Shown here piece after piece: positions 41,972 through 54,652 of a stretch of DNA of 64,000 nucleotides. The notes under the pieces are model-generated. The model ran no database searches. It saw nothing but the letters and a program-made list of their open reading frames with translations, and was not told where the DNA came from. Origin of the DNA: Desulfatiglandales bacterium. Lineage in GTDB: Bacteria; Desulfobacterota; DSM-4660; Desulfatiglandales; HGW-15. The position numbers and the translations under genes were made by a program. Each line of letters opens with the position of its first letter. The stretch's first letter is position 1. The DNA is taken from the NCBI GenBank assembly GCA_963667015.2, contig CAXXJJ010000001.1, positions 448,001-512,000 of the forward strand, written 5' to 3'.

Positions 41972-43814
41972 GATTTTTTTCCGTTTTTAGAGGGAGAAAA
42001 AGTGAAAAAACAGCTCCTCTTTCTTCCCTGTTTGTTATCCGCATTTCTCCATTATGTCGTTTGATGGTGTTAAATACCATGGGCAACCCAAGGCCTGTTC
42101 CCGAAGACTTGGTTGTGAAAAAGGGATCAAAAATATAAGCAATATTCTCAGGGGAGATCCCGGGGCCTGAATCAGCTATATCAATGCGGACCGCAGGAAT
42201 TCTCTGTTTACCCTCTTCAATTGATTCCATTGTATCATGTTCAGCCCTGATCCATATTCTTCCCTTTTCATTCATGGCTTCAAGGGCATTAATAAAGAGA
42301 TTTATAAATGCCTCCTCAAGCAGCTTTTTATCACCTGTTATTTCGGGAAGATTATCAGCAACTGAAATTTCAACAAAACATTCCTGTTTATTGGCCATGG
42401 GGCGTACAAGTGAAACAACATCACTGATGAGAGTTCCAACAGAAAATTCTGAAAAGACCATATCCTTGGGCTTGGTATAATCAAGAAAGTGATTTATGGC
42501 CACCTCGATACGTGATATCTGTCCCATGGCTATATTGAAGTCCTCTGCATATTCCGGTGATATCTCAATCTCACTCTGAATAGATTCAAGAAACAGCTTG
42601 AGCGATGTAAGCGGTGTCCGGATTTCATGGGCGACCGCTGCACCCAGCCGTCCAAGAGCTGCAAATTTTTCAGACCTTTCGGCAATGATTTTAAATTCTC
42701 TTAGAGTCTGGTCTGTCTTCCTGAGCTCTGCAGCCTTAAGGTTAAACTGTTCTTCAAGGTTATTTTGCCTCTGCTGTATCTTCCGGGCCATATCGGCAAA
42801 GGCACGGTACAATAAACCTATTTCATCACGACGACGGGTATCGATTCCTTCGGGGTTGAACCCGGCAGTAGCGAGATTTTTTGCCGAGCGGCTGAGATTT
42901 ATTACTGGTCTGATAACATGATATGAAATAACCCAGGTCAGGATAAGGGCACTTCCTATTGCAAGAAAAACCATAAACCCTATAAGGTGCTTCATGCTGT
43001 CAACGCTTCTGAAGGCTTCATCCCTGTCCTGTTCCACCACGATATACCAGTCTGTTTCCCCTACCTTCCGCGATGTGCCGAGAACCTCAATATTGCGATA
43101 GTCCAGATAGGTGTTTTTCAGTTCCCTGCTTCCAAAGATATTTTTAAAACTTTCGGACTGGGAAATATTCTCTGTTAAAATGCGTCCCGGTTCCTTATGT
43201 GCAAGGAAGGTCCCGTTTCTGTCTACAAGATAGCATTCACCTGTTTCTCCCAGTGATACACGCAAAAGTATGCTGATTATGTTGTGAGTGCCGACAGTGC
43301 CCAGGACGCTGCCGATCTGGTTCCCGTTTTCAAAAATCGGTGCAGTAATCCTGAATGTTGACTCCCTTTCTTCAGGAAGGTAGGTAATGGGTGAAAAAAC
43401 AAGGGGTTCATCTTTGCTTCCGGACTGAAGAGGGCCTTCTCTATTATTTTCCGAACCTCCGGTACTGTAGACAAGCCCATCCTGATCTGACAGCACCGAA
43501 ATCTTGTTGTATACACCATAATGGGTTCGGATCAGATCAATGTAAGGGGCAATCTGTTTCGGGTCCATGGTTTTTACCAGTGATGTGCCGGCAATAACCT
43601 GCATATCCTGTTTTCTTTCTTCCAGCCACCGTTCAAGTATTGCGGCCTTATCAGATGCAATATTTTCAAGTTGACGCAGAACCAGGTTTTTTATAAGGGA
43701 TTCGGTTGAATTTATTGAAAACAGACCCACTACTGCAAGGGGAACAAGGGTAAGTACCAGAAACAAAAAGACCAGCTTGTTTTTCAGGGTAAGTATATTT
43801 TTTAAAAATTCCAA
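41943..43814 (-). CDS. Sensor histidine kinase (Cache-HAMP-HisKA-HATPase)
   Basis: Two TMs, DEIG HAMP, AHEIRTPL, GTGLGL. Confidence 0.9.
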   Translation of the reverse strand: MEFLKNILTLKNKLVFLFLVLTLVPLAVVGLFSINSTESLIKNLVLRQLENIASDKAAILERWLEERKQDMQVIAGTSLVKTMDPKQIAPYIDLIRTHYGVYNKISVLSDQDGLVYSTGGSENNREGPLQSGSKDEPLVFSPITYLPEERESTFRITAPIFENGNQIGSVLGTVGTHNIISILLRVSLGETGECYLVDRNGTFLAHKEPGRILTENISQSESFKNIFGSRELKNTYLDYRNIEVLGTSRKVGETDWYIVVEQDRDEAFRSVDSMKHLIGFMVFLAIGSALILTWVISYHVIRPVINLSRSAKNLATAGFNPEGIDTRRRDEIGLLYRAFADMARKIQQRQNNLEEQFNLKAAELRKTDQTLREFKIIAERSEKFAALGRLGAAVAHEIRTPLTSLKLFLESIQSEIEISPEYAEDFNIAMGQISRIEVAINHFLDYTKPKDMVFSEFSVGTLISDVVSLVRPMANKQECFVEISVADNLPEITGDKKLLEEAFINLFINALEAMNEKGRIWIRAEHDTMESIEEGKQRIPAVRIDIADSGPGISPENIAYIFDPFFTTKSSGTGLGLPMVFNTIKRHNGEMRITNREERGAVFSLFLPLKTEKNHANRQNPTD

Positions 43815-43923
43815 ATTTTAAGCACCATGTTTTAAAATTTCCGTGGTCAAAAAGAATCGAACAGTTTATACTCCTCAATGAACAGAAATTGAATAAAAAT
43901 AAGTAACAATCATTTTTCCTTTT

Positions 43924-46500
43924 TTACAGCCAGTAGCAGACAAGCTCCTGTGTAACAACATCGGACTGAATAATCAGCTCCTGATTTTTTAATACATACA
44001 ACTTTACAATGTGTGAAAGTCTCTCGTCCTGCGGACGTATTTCGGCAAGCATGTTTGGCAGTGCTGAAAGTTTTTCAGGCCTGAAGGTCACCCCCGGTTT
44101 TTCAGGGTATATGGCAGCGTAAAAAATACTTGTTTCTGTGAGATCATGAAAAAAATGGGTCCCGAATGAAAGATCGGGAATCATGCTGCCGGCCTGATAG
44201 CTTATTTCCATGAGCGCGGTTATTTTGTTTATCTCTGAAAAGGTTACCGGAACACCCATAGCCGGCGTCTGTGTTCCCCACCTGCCCGGTCCCATGAGCA
44301 GGGCAGGGTTTTCTTTCGGATCGGCAATCTCCCGGTTAAGCTTTCCTATCAGCCTGGCCACACTGTATTTATCCGACAGCGAAGCGTCTGCATAGTTTGC
44401 CGGGTCAATCCAGATAATTTTATTTACAGGCAGTGCCACATTTCCCCCCATAAAATGCCCTTCCATGCGTATAAAGATTTTATCGGGATCTATTTTTTCG
44501 GGAAGAGGAAAATCAACGGTATTGTAGATTGTCTGGAAAGGGCGGCACTGAAGGAGGTTTACCTGGATGTTTCCTGCAGAATTATGATTGACTGTAAATT
44601 CAATCTCTACAGGTGTATTGTATACCCGTTCAATTGTCTTGAGCATTCGATTCATTATATTGATGAAATCCGTACTGCTGAGAAAATTATCAAAGGTTAA
44701 AACCCATCGCCCCCCAGGCTCTTTACCGTAGCTGACAGAATCAGTATCTCTGACCGCTATCATATTCATATCCAGATCCGGAGCATTCTCAGTAAGTTCA
44801 TTCAGGAGAATACTCTTTAGAATATTTTCGGAAAGATCCAGGTAATCCACATAATGCTGTGAATATTTTTTTATTTCATGTATGCCCGCCAGTGGTTTTA
44901 CCAGGGGATCATCCATGGGAACAATCCGCGGATAATCTGTCTCAACCCTGTTAACTGCCCTGGTCCCCAGCCCCATAACAAGGCGCAGCATTCCGGCCTC
45001 CGGGTCAAGATCCTTTTTCCAGACATAGGGATTGCGCGAAAGGCCTACTCCTGCAAGTTCCGGGAAAAAATACTTATGGTGATCAGAGCCGGAAACCCTC
45101 TGCACCATGATAGCCATCTGTTCATCCACCCGGTCCAGGCCCCTCTCCACCCTGTATGCCAGGGCCTCCTCATTCATTGTCCCGGCATATATTCGTTTGA
45201 CTGCTTCTTCAAACATCTCATAACGTTTTTCCGGAGATGCCTGGTTCACGCAGAAAAAACTGTCATATCTTCCGGCAAAGGCGCTGCCGAAGGCATCCTC
45301 AAGGAGACTGCTTGACCTCACGATAATAGGTGACTGGCCGAAATATTCGAGCATGAGCTGAAACTTTTCCCGTATGGGTTCTGGAAATGTCCCGGAAAGG
45401 ATTTTATCCTTAAGTTCCTCTGCCTTTTTAAAATATCCTTCAGGAGTTTTGTGGGCCATAAAAAGTTTCCACCACACATTTCTGACGATATATGTGTAAA
45501 ACACATCAGACCCGATATAAAAGGAATCATGGGGCTCAAGGGCATGGTTCCAGTCATACCCAGTGTCTTTTTGCAGTATCTTTCTGGCCAGGAGCATGCC
45601 AAGGGCCTTTCCGCCTATGAACCCTGTCCCTATAAGTTTCTCCTTGATCATAAGCAGGTCTTCAAGAGACATGAACTGCCTGATCATGGCCAGTACTCTT
45701 TTATTTCTGCTCAGGACAAGACGGCCCAGCTGTTCAACCTTGTCCTCCTTTTCAGTCCGTGCAGCACCTGACTCTTTAAGTTCGTTGGCCTGTATAAAAA
45801 GATGATCCCAGTAATCCAGAATGAGCTGTGAGTTTACCACCTTTTCTTTCATGAGGTGCGAAAACAGCCTTGATGCATCTATGCTGTTGATTACCGGTAC
45901 CAGATCCGACTGCTCTTTTATATGCGGGAAAAACATGGTGGAGGAATAGCGCCCCTGGATTTTTATAGGGTGAACACATAACTTTCGCTCATAGGTATAG
46001 AGGTCAATAAGTATCTGGGTGGTTTCTCTGATGGCGGCAATGGCCCTGTATGAGTGATGATTTCTTAAAATTGCAAAATAGGCAATAGTGTTCAGTTCAT
46101 AGAGATAGGGGCAGGTAACAAAAAAGAAGTTTACAATCATCATGTCTGTTGCCCATTCGAAAAGCAGGTCGGAAAGAGAATCAAATACATAAAATGTGTC
46201 TCTTCCTTCTTTTGTGATTATACTGTGAATCCGGGTTGTAAAGGACTCAAAACCCTCTGAAACATCAAGTGTATAAACACGGACATTCCTGCGGGGAGGA
46301 ATAAGGGGAGCGTGCCGTGCAAACCTTATATAGACCAGCCGCTCGCCGGCTGTGAGGGCATTATTAACAAAGAAGGAAACAAGTTTCCTGTATGCATCAA
46401 TATCATCAACCTGCCATACCACATTGTCGCCCCTTCGCAGATAATCGATGATATTGTCAAGACTTTCCCAACCCGTACTGACGTGCGAGTAATAGGCCAT
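43924..46500 (-). CDS. PEP/pyruvate-binding (PPDK_N-like) domain protein
   Basis: IGGKA.G, IVRSSSLLED, FAGRY, GLGTRAV, EIEF, LLQCRP; RecA/KaiC-like N-terminal start. Confidence 0.8.
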   Translation of the reverse strand: MAYYSHVSTGWESLDNIIDYLRRGDNVVWQVDDIDAYRKLVSFFVNNALTAGERLVYIRFARHAPLIPPRRNVRVYTLDVSEGFESFTTRIHSIITKEGRDTFYVFDSLSDLLFEWATDMMIVNFFFVTCPYLYELNTIAYFAILRNHHSYRAIAAIRETTQILIDLYTYERKLCVHPIKIQGRYSSTMFFPHIKEQSDLVPVINSIDASRLFSHLMKEKVVNSQLILDYWDHLFIQANELKESGAARTEKEDKVEQLGRLVLSRNKRVLAMIRQFMSLEDLLMIKEKLIGTGFIGGKALGMLLARKILQKDTGYDWNHALEPHDSFYIGSDVFYTYIVRNVWWKLFMAHKTPEGYFKKAEELKDKILSGTFPEPIREKFQLMLEYFGQSPIIVRSSSLLEDAFGSAFAGRYDSFFCVNQASPEKRYEMFEEAVKRIYAGTMNEEALAYRVERGLDRVDEQMAIMVQRVSGSDHHKYFFPELAGVGLSRNPYVWKKDLDPEAGMLRLVMGLGTRAVNRVETDYPRIVPMDDPLVKPLAGIHEIKKYSQHYVDYLDLSENILKSILLNELTENAPDLDMNMIAVRDTDSVSYGKEPGGRWVLTFDNFLSSTDFINIMNRMLKTIERVYNTPVEIEFTVNHNSAGNIQVNLLQCRPFQTIYNTVDFPLPEKIDPDKIFIRMEGHFMGGNVALPVNKIIWIDPANYADASLSDKYSVARLIGKLNREIADPKENPALLMGPGRWGTQTPAMGVPVTFSEINKITALMEISYQAGSMIPDLSFGTHFFHDLTETSIFYAAIYPEKPGVTFRPEKLSALPNMLAEIRPQDERLSHIVKLYVLKNQELIIQSDVVTQELVCYWL

Positions 46501-46531
46501 TGTTTATTTTACATGCCCCCTGCCGATATAA

Positions 46532-46575
46532 CAATGGATGAGCCGTGGGGATTTTACCCTTAGGTTCATCCATTG
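46532..46575 (-). terminator. Stem-loop after gdhA
   Basis: CAATGGATGAGCC / GGTTCATCCATTG. Confidence 0.5.
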
Positions 46576-46599
46576 ACCGGCTTTTGCTTTAATCAAGGT

Positions 46600-48515
<1,916 letters not shown>

Positions 48516-48604
48516 AATACACCTCCTTTAAAATACAATTAAACATCTTGGCCTTATTTAGTGGTATGCTTCCGAATCCGGTTTTTTAATTGCATATTAT
48601 TTAA

Positions 48605-48620
48605 GGCAAAGACTGTGCCG
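48605..48620 (-). promoter_or_regulatory. sigma54 -24/-12 promoter
   Basis: CGGCACAGTCTTTGCC (GG-N10-GC). Confidence 0.7.
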
Positions 48621-48905
48621 AAATGCCGGGAACTGAAAAAAATCTTTAATCACCTGAATTTATTAAATAATATTTGGCAGAGTATAATCCTGAATAATGA
48701 GAGGTGGTGAATTATCAGCTGTAATTTTTTATGTCAGAATGCTTTTTATTGGCTGACAGGCATCAAAACCCCTTATACGGCAGGCCGAATGGTTACATTG
48801 TTCAAAGTTTGAACAGCGGTGGTGATATTGAAGCATAGATTCAGGTACAGTTTTATTTTCAGTTATGATATCAAAGATTAAAAGACCAGATATCGGTACC
48901 CAAAA

Positions 48906-50687
48906 ATGAAGAATAAACTAAATAACGATTATTGCAAACCGCTGGAGGTTACCACTGCCTCGAATGCACTTACTGAACGGATCAAGGAGCTCAATTGTCT
49001 GTATGGGATCTCCAATCTGTTCGAAAACCAGGATGTATCTCTAGCATGGATTATGCAGCGGGCAGTCGAACTCATTCCTGCGGCCTGGCAGTACCCTGAA
49101 ATAGCATGTGCAAGAATATGTATAGATGGTGCTGAATACAAATCCCTTAATTTTAAAGAGACCGACTATAAACAGAATGCCAGAATTATTCTGAATGACC
49201 AGCATGTGGGTGACATAGATGTATTTTACGCACAAATCCCTCAGGATGGGTCGCAAGAGCCTTTTCTTGAGGAGGAATACCGGCTTTTAAGGGCCATCTG
49301 CGAACGATTAAGTAAGGTATTATGGCTTAAACGTTCCGAAGAAGCCCTTAAAGAGAGCGAAGAACGCTATCGGGTTCTTACAGAAAAGGTTGCCGAAGGA
49401 GTGGCGTTGGTTCAGGATTCACAGTTTTACTATGTAAATCCAGCATTTTGCATGATGTTCAATATTTCATCTTCGGAAGTAATGATCGATGAAATGGTAT
49501 ACAATCCTTCAGCAGTTGAGGGAAATGAAATCGCCATGCTCTACAGATCGACTTTAGAGGGTATTAACGAAGATACCATTGAAGAAGTCCACTCCCTGAT
49601 GCGTCCTGATAAAACTATCTGGGTGCAGGTATGTCACAGCAGGATCACCTTCAAGGGGCAGCCGGCCATATTATCCACTTTTAAGGACATTACAGAGATA
49701 AAAGAGCAGCAGATGACTGCCCAGCGCATGGCAGAGCAGCTGGACAAAGAGAATCGTGTGCTGAGGTCTTCACTACAGGAACGATACCGGCTTGGAGAAA
49801 TCATTGGACGTTCGCCTGCAATGCAAACAGTATATGAACTGATCATTAAAGCTGCATCAACAGATGCAAGTGTTGCGATATTCGGAGAGTCCGGATCAGG
49901 TAAAGAGCTTGTTGCCCATGCAATACACAATAATAGCCCAAGGAAGAACAAGAGATTTGTGGCGGTCAACTGCGGGGCAATTCAGGAGTCTCTGTTTGAA
50001 AGAGAATTCTTTGGACATAGAAAAGGGGCATTTTCCGGTGCCCATGCAGATTCTCCAGGCTATCTGGACATGGCCGACGGCGGAACACTGTTTCTTGATG
50101 AGGTAAGCGAATTGACAGTTAACATGCAGGCCAAACTGCTCAGGGCTATAGAAGGCGGGGGGCATCGGCCAATAGGCGGGACGGAAGTTATATCCCGGAA
50201 TTTTCGTGTTATATCGGCATCAAATGTGCTGTTAGGAGACAAGGTCTCGGGCGGCGAAATTCGCAAGGATTTTTTCTACCGCATACAGGTAATACAAATC
50301 CAGATACCGCCCTTACGTGACCGAAAACAGGATATTCCTCTGCTGGTTGAATATTTTTTTCGCAGGATGAAGGCTCCCTCCGGTATCACTAAAGTGCCCG
50401 GCAAAATTCTGGATGACCTGATTGAATATGACTGGCCCGGTAATGTTCGGGAGTTGCGTAACGTATTGCAGCGCTATATCACTTTAGGCCATGTTGAATT
50501 TCTTTCACCAGGCCCTGAGTCCGGGACATCGCCAATCACAAAAGATATTAATCTGCGTGAAGCAGTCCAGGACCTTGAAAAATCTCTTATTACAAAGGCT
50601 TTGAATCAGGCGGGAGGAAACCGGACCCTGGCCGCAAAAATGCTAGGTATTTCCCGAAGAGCCCTTTTTCGAAAGATGTCTATATAA
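48906..50687 (+). CDS. PAS-domain sigma54 activator
   Basis: GESGSGKE, GAFSGA, WPGNVREL, Fis HTH. Confidence 0.9.
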   Translation: MKNKLNNDYCKPLEVTTASNALTERIKELNCLYGISNLFENQDVSLAWIMQRAVELIPAAWQYPEIACARICIDGAEYKSLNFKETDYKQNARIILNDQHVGDIDVFYAQIPQDGSQEPFLEEEYRLLRAICERLSKVLWLKRSEEALKESEERYRVLTEKVAEGVALVQDSQFYYVNPAFCMMFNISSSEVMIDEMVYNPSAVEGNEIAMLYRSTLEGINEDTIEEVHSLMRPDKTIWVQVCHSRITFKGQPAILSTFKDITEIKEQQMTAQRMAEQLDKENRVLRSSLQERYRLGEIIGRSPAMQTVYELIIKAASTDASVAIFGESGSGKELVAHAIHNNSPRKNKRFVAVNCGAIQESLFEREFFGHRKGAFSGAHADSPGYLDMADGGTLFLDEVSELTVNMQAKLLRAIEGGGHRPIGGTEVISRNFRVISASNVLLGDKVSGGEIRKDFFYRIQVIQIQIPPLRDRKQDIPLLVEYFFRRMKAPSGITKVPGKILDDLIEYDWPGNVRELRNVLQRYITLGHVEFLSPGPESGTSPITKDINLREAVQDLEKSLITKALNQAGGNRTLAAKMLGISRRALFRKMSI

Positions 50688-50873
50688 TGGGTGCCTTAAT
50701 CGCCCATCTTTTGGGCACTATCGCCCACTAAAATAATTTCAATTATTTCAAAATCATATATCATGTTACATTAATTAATCCGGGCGTTTTTTTCCCACCT
50801 GCTTTTTCTCCCATAACTCCATATAGCTTATTTTGTCTAAGTATATCAAGAGTGTACGTTAATTCAACAAGTC

Positions 50874-50889
50874 TGGCACCAACCTTGCT
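50874..50889 (+). promoter_or_regulatory. sigma54 -24/-12 promoter
   Basis: TGGCACCAACCTTGCT. Confidence 0.75.
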
Positions 50890-50972
50890 AAATAGTATGA
50901 TTATTAATGGACAGAATACAGCAGAATTCATTGATTGCATGAACTGTTATATGAGTGAGGTTATTAGTAGTT

Positions 50973-51200
50973 ATGATTCTGGTTAAAAACAAAGCATCCG
51001 GTAAATTCTTTATAGTCCTTGATGACAACGCAGAAAATTATTTGCACCTTATCACACCTGAAGGCAGGATCAAACGCCTTGAACGACACCTGTTCAGTCC
51101 CATAGTTAGGATTGATCACAGGAATTTAAGCCTGAAGGAAAATCTTACTCCTGCACAGATGGATACCTACATGGACCATGAAGAATATGCTGATTATTGA
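50973..51200 (+). CDS. Small hypothetical protein
   Basis: ORF downstream of the sigma54 promoter. Confidence 0.55.
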   Translation: MILVKNKASGKFFIVLDDNAENYLHLITPEGRIKRLERHLFSPIVRIDHRNLSLKENLTPAQMDTYMDHEEYADY

Positions 51201-51281
51201 TCAACTAATAATTCGGTATTAGGAAAATATTATTTTTATCAGAAACAAAAAAACCTGTAATTACAGGCAAGGAGCAACTCA

Positions 51282-51707
51282 ATGAAGGAAGACCCATTTG
51301 GAAACCTTACTAATTGGGGTGATGTTCTGGATATCATTGAAAGACTGGCAGAAGAAGGAAAACTGTCTGAGTGTCAGCCTGGTCTTATTCGTATACTGCG
51401 GTACAAAGGAAACTGGCAGCTCAGAGAGGAAGTGCTTAAACGGGCAGGTGATATTAAAGAACCATCCAGTGAATTAATCAGCCAGGTACTTGAAATAGTG
51501 GATGATGACAATACTTACTACGATGCAAGAATCCTTGCCGGTGATGCATTAATCCGCATGTTGAAAAATAATCGTGACGGTTTCGAAGGTAATGTGAATG
51601 CATCAGTAAGGAAAGTAGCCGAAAGATTAAGGGCAACACCTGCTCCGCCTATTTTTTATAACACATTAACGAAACTTTATTTGGAGATTTGCCTTTTAGA
51701 AAGATAA
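51282..51707 (+). CDS. Hypothetical helical (HEAT-like) protein
   Basis: AAGGAG RBS; helical pattern. Confidence 0.6.
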   Translation: MKEDPFGNLTNWGDVLDIIERLAEEGKLSECQPGLIRILRYKGNWQLREEVLKRAGDIKEPSSELISQVLEIVDDDNTYYDARILAGDALIRMLKNNRDGFEGNVNASVRKVAERLRATPAPPIFYNTLTKLYLEICLLER

Positions 51708-51910
51708 AAAGAAAAGGAATATTCTAACTATGCGGATTGGAATACCAAGAGAGATTCTGCCTGCAGAAAAGAGAGTGGCTACTATACCAAAGACTGTAGC
51801 AAAATACATTCAGAATGACGTAATTGTAAAGAACTGTCTCGTCACATACAGAGGGCAGATCTTAAACCATTAAGGCTTTTAACTTTTAATATTTTTAAAG
51901 TGAAAAAGAG

Positions 51911-52591
51911 ATGACAAAAAAAAACCTTTTTTATGATAGATACGCTGGAACGAAGAAAAAGCTCTTTATTTTTTTTCTGGTAATGGCTCTAGTGTCTTTT
52001 GGTGCCGGATTAGGAATCCTGAAAATTAGCAATGCGAAGAATATGGCCATGGGGATTGAGACAATCTATAAAGACCGCGTTAAGCCTTTGGAACAGCTCA
52101 AAATGCTTGCAGACACATACAAAATGGCAGTAGATACTGCAAATAGAGTCCAAAACAATATTCTATCATGGCATGAAGGTCGCAAAAATATAACAGAAGC
52201 CACAAAAAGAGTTCCATACTTGTGGAGTGAATACATAAAGACCCACCTTGTTGAAGAAGAAATTAAAATAGTCGATGAACTTAGAATACTTTTTAAGTTC
52301 AGTGATGCAGCCTTGATAAAATTCAATAAAATCCTTTTGCAGGAAGACAGTAATGAACTTTCAGAATTCGTCAATAATGACCTTTACCAGAGTGTGGAAC
52401 CGGTTATAACCAAAATAGATGAATTGTTTCAGATGCAGGTACATATTGTTAATAATATACATGAACAGGAACAAAAACGTATAAAGCTTGTATTAAACAT
52501 CGGAATGGCAAGTATTTTGATGAGCATCGTTTTAAGCGTTATTGTTGTTCTGCAATGGAGAAAGGTTCGGGCTTTAATTGAGTATTTGTAA
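51911..52591 (+). CDS. Stand-alone MCP four-helix-bundle sensor domain with two TMs
   Basis: TIYKDRV.PL.QL motif; ends right after the second TM. Confidence 0.7.
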   Translation: MTKKNLFYDRYAGTKKKLFIFFLVMALVSFGAGLGILKISNAKNMAMGIETIYKDRVKPLEQLKMLADTYKMAVDTANRVQNNILSWHEGRKNITEATKRVPYLWSEYIKTHLVEEEIKIVDELRILFKFSDAALIKFNKILLQEDSNELSEFVNNDLYQSVEPVITKIDELFQMQVHIVNNIHEQEQKRIKLVLNIGMASILMSIVLSVIVVLQWRKVRALIEYL

Positions 52592-52758
52592 GGAAAGAAA
52601 AAAATGACACCTTATTTTTTTTCATCCATTATGAGAACAATTTTGACACCCAGGCGACTATGCCCAAAATGTAACCGCTAGAATGCAATATATTATGTTT
52701 TGTTTTTAGAAATTTATAATGTTATTTTAAAATTTATTAACACGGAGGGAATTAATGA

Positions 52759-53034
52759 ATGGTTACTTCAATTTTGCTGATAAATGCAGAGAGAATGAAA
52801 ATTAATGAAGTGGCTCAACAACTGGCGGATATTAAAGGTATCTCCGAAGTATATTCAGTGAGCGGCAGGTATGACATAATTGCAATAGCACGAGTAAAAA
52901 CAAATGATGATCTAGCTGATCTCGTAACAAACGAGTTAATCAAAATAAACTCAATAATAAAAACAGAGACAAACCTGGCATTCAAAACAGTTTCAAGGCA
53001 TGACCTGGAAGCTATGTTTTCAATTGGTATGTAG
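52759..53034 (+). CDS. Lrp/AsnC ligand-binding domain protein
   Basis: I.GISEVYSVSG.YDII. Confidence 0.85.
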   Translation: MVTSILLINAERMKINEVAQQLADIKGISEVYSVSGRYDIIAIARVKTNDDLADLVTNELIKINSIIKTETNLAFKTVSRHDLEAMFSIGM

Positions 53035-53109
53035 GTAGTAAATTACTATAAATATACCAAAAATAACTCAGTAAAGCATTTTACAGTGCACGCTCCAGCT
53101 ATTGGATGA

Positions 53110-53160
53110 AAATAACATGGCGCGAAAAATTGAAAAAGCTTCTCTCGCTCATGTTGATTT
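53110..53160 (-). other. Degenerate attC stem
   Basis: AAATcAACATGaGCG pairs with CGCCATGTTATTT, leaving two unpaired bases; core boxes decayed. Confidence 0.4.
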
Positions 53161-53174
53161 AAGTGATTTCAGGT

Positions 53175-53639
53175 TCAGTAGTTTTTTTCTGCCTTAAAAA
53201 CAAGATACAATTCCATAATCGAAGCTGAGCAAACAGAATCCGGCGGTTCACGAAAATGATCAAGAATAATTGTTAACTCATTATTGCTGTAGCTGTGATC
53301 AGAGTAGTCAAAATATTCCGGGCAATCAGGACCTCTTATGAAAAAATATGTGTAAATATCCAGATCATCAAGAGATGCCTGTTCGTTTGCGTTCAGTGTC
53401 TGGTTGAAGGTATCAAGGTCTAATTCGCTTTCAATTATATAGGCTTCGTCTCGTGCAGCAATTTCAGTATCATATATTATAAAGCTGTCTTCCTGTATTA
53501 TTGTTGCGGGATCAATGACAGTGTTAAAAGTGAAATCTCTGGAACCTAAAAATTCGTCATTTGCATCATCACTGTCCGAACAGCCGCATAAAGCAAAAAA
53601 TAATAAAATTATAATGGAATAAATGGTCTTTGTTTTCAT
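53175..53639 (-). CDS. Lipoprotein, cassette-like
   Basis: Signal peptide with ALCGC. Confidence 0.65.
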   Translation of the reverse strand: MKTKTIYSIIILLFFALCGCSDSDDANDEFLGSRDFTFNTVIDPATIIQEDSFIIYDTEIAARDEAYIIESELDLDTFNQTLNANEQASLDDLDIYTYFFIRGPDCPEYFDYSDHSYSNNELTIILDHFREPPDSVCSASIMELYLVFKAEKNY

Positions 53640-53649
53640 AGCTACTTCC

Positions 53650-53716
53650 TCCTGACTGTGCAGATTACAGGCCTTGCAGGCGTCTCAGGCAGGACCTGTA
53701 GGTTTGAGGGTTAACA
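53650..53716 (-). other. Degenerate short attC
   Basis: TGTTAAC...CCTACAGGTCCTGC...GCAAGGCCTGTAATCTGCACA-GTCAGGA. Confidence 0.5.
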
Positions 53717-53763
53717 GATATTCTTTCCTTGATCCGAAGTCCATGCTAATTTCGCAATACGCT

Positions 53764-54036
53764 TTATACCATTGGTGATGGTACATTGCCACCTGTACCT
53801 GAAGTAGCTGCTCCACCACTCCCACCTGAACCGGATGCCCCAATCACAAAACCAAAATTATACCAGCCACCATTATTATTTGTTTCGTATATTCCCACAT
53901 CAGGGTTAAACAAACTAACAATAAATGTGATGGGCATGATAATCCCATGCCATAGACCAATCCAAAATCCTGCAGGTTCTATCCCTGGCTGCTGGAATAT
54001 TGAATCAGAGCCAGCGACATATAATCTATTTGGCAT
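53764..54036 (-). CDS. Small membrane protein
   Basis: PAGFWIGLWHG...IYE.NN.GGWY.FGF; GGAGG RBS. Confidence 0.65.
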   Translation of the reverse strand: MPNRLYVAGSDSIFQQPGIEPAGFWIGLWHGIIMPITFIVSLFNPDVGIYETNNNGGWYNFGFVIGASGSGGSGGAATSGTGGNVPSPMV

Positions 54037-54174
54037 TTATTGATCCTCCAAACATTAAACAGTTGTTAAAGATTTTCAAAGAAAGGGGACATCTGCCATT
54101 GACCATTGGCGATTTTATCAATTAATAATCCAACTCGTTTTTTAAACCTTTATCAAGCCTCATATACTCTTTTA

Positions 54175-54242
54175 CTTTAATGATAAAATAACATGCCGGG
54201 CGGCGTTTTATCGCCCGGTCACTGTAGATGCGCTTGATATGT
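54175..54242 (-). other. attC (short class, ATC core)
   Basis: ACATATC...GACCGGGCGATAAAACGCCGCCCGGC...; stem-loop shared with the 58874-58941 site. Confidence 0.75.
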
Positions 54243-54247
54243 GATTA

Positions 54248-54625
54248 TTAATGTGGCCCCCAATAATATCTATTGGGAACTAATCCTTCTTCCTCAAGCT
54301 TGAAAAGCAATTGTCTATTTTCTTTTGCTAATAATTTTATTCGACCTTTCTTGGTTGCTTTAATCATAGCAACTTCTAATACTAATTTTGCCAGCTTCGA
54401 TATTTTAATATTTTCCGAATTTACTAATTCTTTTAACCTTATTTTATTTTTCTTTGAGATATTTGATTGATCCATGAAATTGAATATTTCTTCCAAATGA
54501 TCAATTTTCTCAATTTCTTCTTTTGGCTTTCGGCTGCATTCTTTACAGATATGGTTTTTATGACCTTTTCCCGAAAAACTTTCATTTGATTTTGTTGCGC
54601 CACAAATGCGACACCAATGTCCCAT
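54248..54625 (-). CDS. Hypothetical cassette protein with CxxC pairs
   Basis: CRIC and CKEC. Confidence 0.7.
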   Translation of the reverse strand: MGHWCRICGATKSNESFSGKGHKNHICKECSRKPKEEIEKIDHLEEIFNFMDQSNISKKNKIRLKELVNSENIKISKLAKLVLEVAMIKATKKGRIKLLAKENRQLLFKLEEEGLVPNRYYWGPH

Positions 54626-54652
54626 GATACTTATTCCTATATTTTATTTCAC

